Assembly: GCA_951406725.2 (NCBI GenBank)
Contig: OX597821.1
Span: 23,312,001-23,376,000 of the forward strand
Direction of reading: 5' to 3'
DNA from: Octopus vulgaris
Lineage: Eukaryota
Length of the DNA: 64,000 bases
Each line of letters begins with the position of its first letter. Position 1 is the first letter of the stretch. The notes beneath the pieces are model-generated. The model saw nothing but the letters and a program-made list of their open reading frames with translations. It was not told where the DNA came from and ran no database searches. A program made the position numbers and the translations under genes. Of the stretch, positions 1 through 11,105 are shown piece by piece.

Positions 1-186
1 ATCTTGGGCAGGTGTCTTTTACTATAGCCTCGGGACGACCAAACCCTTGTGAGTGGATTTGGTAAACGGAAACTGAAAGAAGCCCATCTTATATATAGTT
101 GAAATTTACAGAAAAACAAAAGACGAAGACAGGTGTATAAACAACAAACAGGTGTATTAGTTTAACGCTCGGGAAGGTGAGAAAGT

Positions 187-222
187 CTTTTACGTTTCGA
201 GCCTACGCTCTTCAACAGAAAG
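187..222 (-). ncRNA. Minimal type I hammerhead ribozyme motif (core variant CUGUUGA) in a Penelope-like terminal repeat fragment (~98-255)
   Basis: CUUU-CUGUUGA-A-GAGC(GUAG)GCUC-GAAA-CG-UA^AAAG. The same family recurs at 21961-22400, 34175-34365, 43720-44370 and 63890-64000. Confidence 0.7.
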
Positions 223-975
223 GAACACGAGGAAATAAACAGAGAGAGAATTAAAATGTGTACAAATAAGCATTACATTTGATCAAGTAGTCTGAATGCT
301 AAAGCACAAAATTCGAATAGCACACAGCAAAAAAAAAAAAAAAAAGAATTAACATTACAGTGTGTTATGACGTGAGTTGTACACGTCGGGTATAAAAATG
401 GTTACGATATTAAATTAACACAGTAATCAATACGGACGATCAACGCTATCGACTATTACCTATTTCTTTACTATCCACAAGGGGCTAAACACAGAGGGGA
501 CAAACGAGGACAGACAAACGGATTAAATCGATTATATCGACCCCAGTGCGTAACTGGTACTTAATTTATCGCCCCCGAAAGGATGAAAGGCAAAGTCGAC
601 CTCGGCGGAATTTGAACTCAGAACGTAACGGCAGACGAAATACGGCTACGCATTTCGCCCGGCGTGCTAACGTTTCTGCCAGCTCGCCGCCTTTGCTATC
701 AACTATTACCGTTGCCAACTGACACAGTTTCTTTATTTGATTGCAATGCGCCTGTCCACTTTCAGTGACGTGAGGAAAGTGGGGAGTCGGGGGTCCGTCC
801 ACAATACCGTGACTAGTTACAGGTTGTTGTCGCTGTTGTTGTTATCGTGTTTGTCCTCTTTCTGTTGTGTCAAATAGTTTGTAGCTTGTCGTGTGTTTAG
901 TTTTTGTTTTTGTTTTTGTTGTGTTCAATCATGCCACAAACAGCTTGACATAACAAAGGCAGTAACAAGAAAAAC

Positions 976-1052
<77 letters not shown>

Positions 1053-2111
1053 ATGCGATATATATAATTGATTGGGTGTATACAAAAATTGATTATTTGA
1101 TTAAATAAACAAAAACCAAATGAAAATCAAATGACCAAACCAATCAATGAATCACATTCGTTAACGTCATCATCGTTTATGCTCACAGAGTAGACTTTGC
1201 TTGTGTGTGTGTGTGTGTGTGTAGTAAGAATGTTACTTCCCAACCACTTGGTTCCGGGTTCAGCCCTACTATGTAACACCTTGGGCTTACTAAAGCCGTG
1301 TGAGTGGATTTGATAGACGGAACCTGAAAGAAGCCCGTCGTATATACATGTGTGTATGTATGTATGTATGTATGTATGTATGTATGTATGTATGTATGTA
1401 TGTATGTATGTATGTATGTATGTATGGATGGATGGATGGATGGATGAATGGATGGATGAATGGATGTACATATGCGTGTGTGCGTGCGTGTATGTGTGTG
1501 CGTGTGTTTACGTGTGTACGTGCCTTTGTGTCTGTTTGTCCCTCACCACCGCTTGACAACCAGCGTTGATGTGTTTATGTACCCGTAATTTAGCGATTCG
1601 GCAAAAGTGACCGATAGGATAAGTACTAGGCTAAAAAAAAAATGAAGTCCTGGGGCCAATTTGTTCGACTAAAACCCTTCAAGGTGATGCCCCCAGTTTG
1701 CCCACAGTAAAATGACTGGAACAAGTAAAATTAAAAGGTGAAAGCTATATATATGTATATATTTATTTATACGTATTGTACTGATGGTATCATATTACTC
1801 ATTGATGTGTACTGTTTTGTTCTGTATTATTGTGTTTGATCTTGATGTTCCTATGTAGTTGGTTAATAAATTATGTGAATGGGTATGATCTGGTAGTTGA
1901 TGATTGATTAAAGTGTATTCCTCCATTTTCTTATTTTGTATTATGAATTTGAGGTAAAACATTTTACCTTCGCCCATATAATACAATAAATGAATTAATT
2001 GCATTGCAATTCTTAGCATTTATGTATTAGCATTGACTGGGTGCTTTACTGGCAGTATATTGGATATATGTTATCCCATAGAGGGTTACACTCACAACCC
2101 CTATCTCACTT

Positions 2112-2166
<55 letters not shown>

Positions 2167-2362
2167 CAATATGTAAATATTCTATAATTATAAACATAAT
2201 TATAATCAGGGGGGGTCTGCTAATTGCTTCACCACGCACCGAATTTAGAAATAAGAGTTAAAATGCCTTTTCCGATACCATAAAGATCTCCCAGACAGTA
2301 ACATACTTTTTATTTTTACGTAGGAAAAAATAAAAAATAACGAATCAACGCGACTCAGATTA

Positions 2363-2426
2363 GCTACATACGCGTTTCGAGGTTAAAGTAAAGTTATATT
2401 TACTTATTTCTCATCTTCAGTGTAGC
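2363..2426 (-). ncRNA. Type I hammerhead ribozyme, intact core
   Basis: GCUACA-CUGAAGA-U-GAG...AAGUAAA/UUUACUU...CUC-GAAA-CGCG-UA^UGUAGC: perfect 6-bp stem I, palindromic minimal stem III, GUA cleavage triplet. Confidence 0.88.
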
Positions 2427-3814
2427 ATTTCGAGATATAAATTTGAGAGTGTTAGGATTAAATATGTACGTGATCAAGCATCACACACACACACATCCAT
2501 CCATCCATCCATCCATCCATACATACATACATACATACATACATACATACATACATACATAAATACATACATACATACGTACGTCCGTTCGTCCATCCAT
2601 ACGCACGTACATATATACATACATACATAATACATACATTAATGAATTGATTTTACCCTTTAATTAATTAATTAATTAATTAAACCCTTTTATTATTATT
2701 GATATATATATATAACATATATATATATATATATATATATCACACATGCATACATACACACACACACGTACGCGAGCACACACACACACACTAACACGCA
2801 CACTCAAATATATATATATATATATATATATGGTTGAACAAACACAGACACAAAGACACTCACACACATACATACATACATACATACATACATACATACA
2901 TACATACATACATACATACATACATACATACACATATATATACACACACACACTCACACACATGACGGGCGTCTTTCAGTTTCCGACTGCCAAATACAGT
3001 CACAAGGCATTGGTCAGCCAGAGGCTATAATAGAAGACAATTGCCCAAGGTGCCACTCAGTGGGACTGAACCCGGAACCATGTGGTTGGGAAGTAAGCTT
3101 CTTACCACAGAGCCTCGCCTGCGCCGCGAAACTTCTAAGCAGGAGCTGAAGTCAATTGATTCAACCTTGAAAAACAAAATTACCTCAACAAGATTTGATT
3201 AGAAATCATTGAAGCAAAAGTTGAAAGCAAGAAAAAAAAAAAGAGCTTCCGGTCGATGCCTTCTGTATAATAATAATCCTTTCTGTTATAAGCAGAAGGT
3301 CTTCAAATCTGGGAGAGGAGCTAGCCAACCGATACTTATTTCATTGACCCTCAAAGATGGGTTTGCAAAGGACATCCACTCAGGGTCAGTGAAAATCGGA
3401 ATGTAAAGACGGATGAAATGTTGAGACGGCCGGAACCAACTGTATTTCAGGTTTTTTTTTAAAAACATGTTTTTCTTCTCCTAACGAGAAATAGGGGACC
3501 TTTACTAGCTAACCCATATCAAGGGGTCCGGATCAGAGTAGACCTGGAAACAATAATGGTTAAGAGGTGGTTCCACATTTATCACAAACCTGAAAGCCCT
3601 GTACCCGGCCCCCAGTTTAAAGTCAAACGTAGGATATACATACATACGTACACACACACACATGCATACATACATAAATAGACACACACATACATGCATA
3701 CATACATACATACATACATACATACATGCATACATACATACATACATACATACATACATACATACATACATACATACATACATACATACATACATACATA
3801 CATACATACATACA

Positions 3815-3846
<32 letters not shown>

Positions 3847-5621
3847 AAAATATTGATCCAAACCAAAACTACGATTGAGCAAGGTTTTTTTCTTGACAGA
3901 CGTCTCCTACAAATGGCAGCAAAGTGGGAAAATTCCCAGTTCTTTGAAACTGAAGAGTGGTAGGGCTATTTGTGATAAACTCTCCGCACAGAGGATGCTG
4001 TCAACAGATGGACCACCTGACCAGTGGAACGTATCCCTTCCACATGATGCAAAAATCCAGACGCCCCAAACTGATCCGAAAAATGTGGAAGAAAGGCATG
4101 ACGGTCACGGAAACATATATAACGGAATTGATGCATGCGTTCACGATTTCTATCAACCTTTCCAGGGATAGTTTTCTCTCAGTTGATTTTAGGTTTTGGC
4201 TGGTCATTCTTCACATAATTTCGTCTATCAAAGAGCCGCTACGCTCTTTGCGTTATGATTTCAAATTCCGCCGAAGTCGACTTGGTCGTTTATCCTTTCG
4301 GGGGTCAATAAAATAAGTACCAGTCGAGCAATGCGGTCGATGTAATCGACCTACATCCTCCACTAAAATTGCTGGCCTAGTACAAAATTTGAAACTAAAG
4401 ATGACGAGCTGGCAGAATTATTAGCATGCCGAAGAAAATGTTGAGCAACATTTCTTCAGGCATTACGTTCTGAATTCAAATATCGCCGAAATCGGCTTTG
4501 CCTTTCATCCCTTTCGGAATAAGTACAAGTTGAACACTGGGGTTGATGTAATCGACTTACCCTCTCACCACAAATTTCTGGCCTTGTGCTTATAATAGAA
4601 AGGACTGAGCTGGCAGAATCGTTATGGCACCGGACAAAAAACTACGCGGTTTTACATTCTGAATTCAAATTCTGCTGAGGTCGACTTTGACTTTCATTCT
4701 TTTGGGGCTGATAAATTAAGTATCAGTGACTTGTGTTGATGTAATCAACTAGTCCCTTCTCACCAAATTGCAGGCCTTGTGTTTTTAGTAGAAATGATTA
4801 TTCGTCCGTCTTTACGCTCTGAGTTCGAATTCCATCGAGGTCGACTTTGCTTTTCGTCCTTTTGGGGTCGATAAAATAAACATCATTTGGACACTGGGGT
4901 CGATGTAATTGACTTATCCCCTCCTCCAAAATTGCTGCCCTTGTGGCAAAATTTGCCACCATTATTATTATTGTTGCTATTGGGTGAGAGAGCAGCGCAT
5001 GCCATTGAAGTGATGCTGCGGTATACAAATATACGAAGCCTAATATATCCATCATGACTACCCGTCTGATAAAGCCACACCAAGCACATGCATCACAACA
5101 TATATGTGCGACATGGTGGACTCATATCAAGATAAACAGCAGATAACTTCAGGTCGAATATTTCATCCCGCCCAGAAGGTTTGTTTCAGGATGATGAACG
5201 AAACATCCATGTTTCCAGGTGTGAATTGTTCAAGCCCCAAAGAATTCCTCTCAACCAATGGTTATAATACGCCCCACCCACTATTCCTGCTCGTGATCAG
5301 AGATGCACATATCGTCAGCTACTGAGGGACATGCTCCACTGGTTACGGTCAAGTATAATTTTTTTCAATCGAACAAATCGATCTTCGTACTTATTTTAAA
5401 GTTTGGTACTTATTCTATCGGCTCTTTTACCTATATGGACGTAAACACACCAACACCGGTTATCAATTGGGGTGGGGGACAAACACAACCCAAAGACATG
5501 CACGGACACACACACACACACAACACATTTATGGCGAAAGATAATCATATAAAGGACAGTAAACTGTCTCCAGATAAAAAGAAACATAAAAAAAAATTAC
5601 CTTTAAATTTAAAAAAAAAAT

Positions 5622-5716
5622 TGCCCCAGGTGAGGATCGAACTCATGACCTTCAGATTACTCGGTTGTTAGAGCAGGATTATGAGACTGACGCGCTGCCT
5701 ACTGCGCTACCGAGGC
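5622..5716 (-). tRNA. tRNA-Met-CAT: Elongator tRNA-Met(CAT), copy 1, with 22-nt intron (5658-5679)
   Basis: Minus strand reads GCCTCGGTAGCGCAGTAGGCAGCGCGTCAGTCTCATA[ATCCTGCTCTAACAACCGAGTA]ATCTGAAGGTCATGAGTTCGATCCTCACCTGGGGCA. The 73-nt exons form a metazoan elongator Met cloverleaf. A T10 Pol III terminator follows at 5611-5620. One T-stem mismatch (A49-C65). Confidence 0.93.
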
Positions 5717-5734
5717 AGTTAACGACAAGCGTCT

Positions 5735-5750
5735 TTGTTTAGGAAGACAA
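5735..5750 (-). promoter_or_regulatory. Conserved 5' flanking element of the tRNA-Met genes (-34 to -19); also at 6082-6097, 7188-7203 and 7540-7555
   Basis: TTGTCTTCCTAAACAA (TTGTCTTCATTAACAA in copy 4) lies at identical spacing upstream of all four genes, while positions -1 to -18 diverge. The position matches the TFIIIB footprint. Confidence 0.6.
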
Positions 5751-5968
5751 CCACTATAGCTAAAAGTTGTCGATAATTCCTGCCCGCATATATTCATAAC
5801 ACACACACGCAAAAACTCTGTCTCTTCACTCCGTCCCCTCTACTCATTCTTACAATTTGCTATATGACTACGTAAAATCATAACTACTGATTAGTTGTAT
5901 ATAATATACACACAATATATTTAAATTTAAAAAAAAAAATTATTTTTAGAAAAAAGAAAAAAAAGTTG

Positions 5969-6063
5969 TGCCCCAGGTGAGGATCGAACTCACGACCTTC
6001 AGATTACTCGATTGCTACATTAGGATTATGAGACTGACGCGCTGCCTACTGCGCTACCGAGGC
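5969..6063 (-). tRNA. tRNA-Met-CAT: Elongator tRNA-Met(CAT), copy 2, with 22-nt intron (6005-6026)
   Basis: Same exons with intact T-stem; intron ATCCTAATGTAGCAATCGAGTA; oligo-T terminator a few nt downstream. Confidence 0.96.
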
Positions 6064-6137
6064 AACTAAACGTCGGAGCATTTGTTTAGGAAGACAATCG
6101 CTAAAGCTACTCAGCTATATTTTTAGCACAAGTCGTT

Positions 6138-6555
6138 GTTACTCTTTACTCTTTTACTCTTTTACTTGTTTCAGTCATGTGACTGTGGCCATGCTGGAGC
6201 ACCACCTTTAGTGGAGCACATCGACCCAGGACTTATTCTTTGTAGGCCTAGTACTTATTCGATCGGTCTCTTTTGCCGAACCGCTAAGTTACGGGGACGT
6301 AAACACACCACCATCGGTTGTCAAGCGATGTTGGGGCGGGGGGACAAGCACAAACGCACACACATATATATATATTATTTATACATATATACGACGGGCT
6401 TCTTTCAGTTTCCGTTTACTAAATCCACTCACAAGGCTTTGGTCGGCCCGAGGCTATAGCAGAAGACGCTTGCCCAAGGTGCCACGCAGTGGGACTGAAC
6501 CCGGAACCGTGTGGTTGGTAAGCAAGCTACTTACCACACAGCCTCTCCTACGCCT
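6138..6555 (-). mobile_element. SINE family A, full-length, inside the tRNA cluster
   Basis: Same consensus, reverse strand. Confidence 0.9.
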
Positions 6556-7074
6556 GTTGTTGCTGACAGCATTTATGCAATATGCAACACACACGCGCAT
6601 GCATACACACCCACACTCGCACACACACACTCACACACCCTGTCTCTTTCTCTCCCCCACTGTTATAATATATAGTCACACGCACATATAATCACAACTA
6701 CTGCTTATTTGTATACAATACCGATATTAGCTCTAAATAAAAGGCGGCAAGCTTGGCAGAATCGACACCGCGCCGGGCAAAATGCTTAGCGGCATTTCAT
6801 GAAATTCCGATTTGGGTCAACTTTGTCTTTCATCCTTTTGGGTACGATAAAATATGTACCAGCTGAATAGTAGGGTGGATGTAAATCGACTTGCTCTAAC
6901 ACACCAACACCGGTTATCAATTGGGGTGGGGGACAAACACAACCCAAAGACATGCACGGACACACACACACAACACATTTATGGCGGAAAGATAATCATA
7001 TAAAGGACAGTAAACTGTCCCCAGATAAAAAGAAACATAAAAAAAAAATTACCTTTAAATTTAAAAAAAAAGCT

Positions 7075-7169
7075 TGCCCCAGGTGAGGATCGAACTCACG
7101 ACCTTCAGATTACTCGGCTGTTAGATTAGGATTATGAGACTGACGCGCTGCCTACTGCGCTACCGAGGC
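7075..7169 (-). tRNA. tRNA-Met-CAT: Elongator tRNA-Met(CAT), copy 3, with 22-nt intron (7111-7132)
   Basis: Same exons; intron ATCCTAATCTAACAGCCGAGTA; oligo-T terminator downstream. Confidence 0.96.
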
Positions 7170-7426
7170 AGTTAGCGACAAGCGTCTTTGTTTAGGAAGA
7201 CAACCACTATAGCTAAAAGTTGTCGTCGATAATTCCTGCCCTCATATATTCATAACACACACACGCAAAAACTCTGTCTCTTCACTCCGTCCCCTCTACT
7301 CATTCTTACAATTTGCTATATGACTACGTAAAATCATAATTACTGATTAGTTGTATATAATATACACACAATATATTTAAATTAAAATAAAAAAATTTTT
7401 ATTTTTAGAAAAAAAAAAAAAAGTTG

Positions 7427-7521
7427 TGCCCCAGGTGAGGATCGAACTCACGACCTTCAGATTACTCGATTGCTAGATCAGGATTATGAGACTGACGCGC
7501 TGCCTACTGCGCTACCGAGGC
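7427..7521 (-). tRNA. tRNA-Met-CAT: Elongator tRNA-Met(CAT), copy 4, with 22-nt intron (7463-7484)
   Basis: Same exons; intron ATCCTGATCTAGCAATCGAGTA; oligo-T terminator downstream. Confidence 0.96.
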
Positions 7522-9398
7522 AGTTGGCAACAAAGTTACTTGTTAATGAAGACAATCACTGTAGCTACTAACTATATCTGTTCATTTGATATAGTCGACG
7601 TTGATACTGCTATTTATACACACACACACACACACACACGCACAGGCACACACACACACATACACACACGCACACACTGTGTCTCTCCTCCCTCCCTCTT
7701 TCTCTTCGCCGCTCACTCTTATTAGCTAATGTTACAATACCCACGCACTCATATAGGCATATCTACAGATTAATGCCCCGCGAATCGGTTGACTGATAAC
7801 TTCCTGAAAGCATGCATATTTTTTAATGAAATTTCGCTGTGATACGTCGTCGATGATGTAGATTACAATTATGTTGAGAAAAACAAGAGAAGAAGAAGAA
7901 GAAGAAGAAGAAGAAGAAGAAGAAGAAGAAGAAGAAGAAGAAGAAGAAGAAGAAGAAGCTGGCTGAGTTTCAGACGTTCTTCTTCCCCATCTATTGACAT
8001 GCATGTGTGTTTAGGAAGCTCTCTCAGCATCTACGAAGTTTTGATTTCGTCCCACTGCGCGGAACCTTGAGAAAGTGTCTTCTACCATAGCCTCGGGTCG
8101 ACCAAAGGCCTTGTGAGGGAATTCGATCGACGGAAACTGTATCGAAGTACATCACGCGCACGTGTGTATGTCTGTGCGTGCGTGTAAGCGTGCATGTATA
8201 TGTGTGTTTTGTCCCTAACACTCCCTTGATCACCGGTGTTGGTTTATTCACTTCCCTGTAAATTAAACAGTTCGGTTAAAGGCCGCAATCGAACGACAAA
8301 CAAATAAACAATAAAAGATATTTTTTTAAAATAAAAAATAAAAAAGCGAATACCTATTTCTTTATTACCCACAAGGGGCTAAACACAGAGGGGACAAACA
8401 AGGATAGACATAGGTATTAAGTCGATTACATCGACCTCAGTGCGTAACTGGTACTTAATTTATCGACCGCGAAAGGATGAAAGGCAAAGTCGGCCTAGGC
8501 GGAATTTGAACTCACAACGTAACGCAGACGAAATACCGCTAAGCATTTCGCCCGGCACTTACCACCGATTTCCGAAACCAAAGAGAAGATAACGGAGCGG
8601 AGGAGGCTACATTTCGCTCCTGTATTTATTATTTTTATCTATTTATTTATTTATTATATTTGGGGGTGGCGTTGGTTGTTAATTTGATAACAACTTTGGT
8701 AGATTTATCAGTAATTTCTTTGTGTAACACTCGCACGATTTTCACGAAAAAAAAAGACTCGGATTTTTTGCATGGAATCAAGTACCCTGACCTTCCAATA
8801 TTACTCTTTACTCTTTTACTCTTTTACTTGTTTCAGTCATTTGACTGCGGCCATGCTGGAGCACCGCCTTTAGTCGAGCAAATCGACCCCGGGACTTATT
8901 CTTTGTAAGCCCAGTACTTATTCTATTGGTCTCTTTTGCCGAACCGCTAAGTGACGGGGAAGTAAACACACCAGCATCGGTTGTCAAGCAATGCTAGGGG
9001 CACAAACACAGACACCAAATCCCTTTTTGGGGTCCGAAAAACGGGGTGGAGTAAGGTGGAAGCCTCGGAAATTTCACCCCCACCCCACACCCATTGAACT
9101 TTTCACCACCACGATTTTCACTAAGGAAAAATAATCGGATTTTTTGGTGGAATCAAGTACCCTGACCTCCTAATATGCTGCAAATCCCTTATTTTGGTTC
9201 GGAAAAAAGGGGGTGGGACGAAGGGTCCCCACACCCATCCCGGAACCATTGGAATTTATTTTTTTCATTGAATGAATTCTTGTGACCTCCTAATATACTA
9301 CAAAACCCTTTTATATATTATTAGTAATGGTAATGGTAAGACAACAAAAAATGAATGAAACCTCGATATTTATGTAAATAGAGGAATTTATTTGTAAT

Positions 9399-9450
9399 AT
9401 AAAATTTCGGATGTCGGGGCGGAAAACTGCTCCGGCATCTCGTCAGTTAT
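9399..9450 (-). ncRNA. Hammerhead-like motif, degenerate
   Basis: AUAA-CUGACGA-GAUGCCGGAGC...GCCCCGACAUC-C-GAAA-UU-UUAU: core and long stem II present; stems I and III marginal. Confidence 0.5.
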
Positions 9451-10794
9451 CGAGGCAATCAAAAAATGCTATGAAAATGACCGTTAAACAAAGGGAAATT
9501 ACTATGTAATTGACTGTTATTAAGACAAAAGAGCTATTAGAATGACCGTTAAATAAGGATGGGGGTGGGGACCGAAGGGGAGAAAGTAAGGAACTAAAAA
9601 GGCTCATAGAAATCGCGTCAACGTGCATGTACATACATACACATGCGCACACGCACACCCGCGTACATACGCCTATATGTATATGCTCACACACACTCAC
9701 GTGAAACTCAAACATTCCACACCCACACATACGCCTATATATTCTTTTACTCTTTTACTTGTTTCAGTCATTTGACTGCGGCCATGCTGGAGCACCGCCT
9801 TTTAATCGAGCAACTCGACCCCGGGACTTATTCTTTTTGTAAGCCCTTATTCTATCGGTCTCTTTTGCCGAACCGCTAAGTAACGGGGACATATACGTAG
9901 TTCTCGGGGATATTCAGCGTGACACAGAGAGTGACAAGGCCGGCCCTTTGAAATACAGGTACAACAGAAACAGGAAGTAAGAGTGAGAGAAAGTTGTGGT
10001 GAAAGAGTACAGCAGGGATCACCACCATCCCCTGCCGGAGCCTCGTGGAGCTTTAGGTGTTTTTCGCTCAATAAACACTCACAACGCCCGGTCTGGGAAT
10101 CGAAACTGCGATCCTACGACCGCGAGTCCGCTGCCTTAACCACTGGGCCATTGTGCCTCCACATATGTGCATATAAATAGGACTATTTACAAACCTTACA
10201 GGAAGCCCAAAGATAAGACTTAGTTATATTAATGTGGGTTTTGTAGCACATTAGGAGGTCACAGGAATTCATTCAACGAAAAATGTCCAATGATTCCTTG
10301 ATGGAGGGTGTCCCCACCTCGCCCCACCCCTCTTTTTCCGAACCAAAATAAGGGATTTGCAGCATATTAGGATGTCAGGGCACTTGAATCCACGCACAAA
10401 AATTCGATTTTTTTCTTCTTAGTGAAGATCGTGCGGGTGTTACACAAAAAAATTTATCGATTTATCGATTGTCTTTTATCTTTTACTTGTTTCAGTCATT
10501 TGAATGCGGCCATGCTGGGGCACCGCCTTGAAGGGTTTTTAATCGAGCAAATCGACTCCAGGATTTTTTTTTTTTTTTTTGAAAACCTGGTACTTATTCT
10601 ATCATTCTCTTTTGCCGAACCGCTTGATTACAGGGACGTAAGCATACGATCACCGATTGTCAAACGGTGGGAGGACAAACAGAGATACAGAGACACACAC
10701 ATATATACATATGCATACATATATACATACATATATATATACAAATACACATATATATATATATATATATTCATATATATACATATATATAGTC

Positions 10795-10856
<62 letters not shown>

Positions 10857-10925
10857 TTATGTATGTATGTATGTATGTATATATATATATATGTATATAT
10901 ATATGTGTGTATATATATATGTATG

Positions 10926-10994
<69 letters not shown>

Positions 10995-11031
10995 ATTTAT
11001 GTATGTATGTATGTATATATATATATGTATA

Positions 11032-11102
<71 letters not shown>

Positions 11103-11105
11103 TTA

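Larger units (their letters stand above)
5444..7521. repeat. Segmental duplication of a ~620-bp two-tRNA unit (5444-6063 and 6898-7521)
   Basis: Near-identical spacer and downstream flank sequence between tRNA pairs 1+2 and 3+4. Confidence 0.9.

Noticed and set aside
5622-7521. tRNA-Met copies as SINE heads, pseudogenes with a tandem duplication, or initiator tRNA
   Set aside because: Exons are virtually invariant while introns and flanks vary, and terminators follow directly. G1-C72 and the TTCGA T-loop indicate elongator, not initiator.
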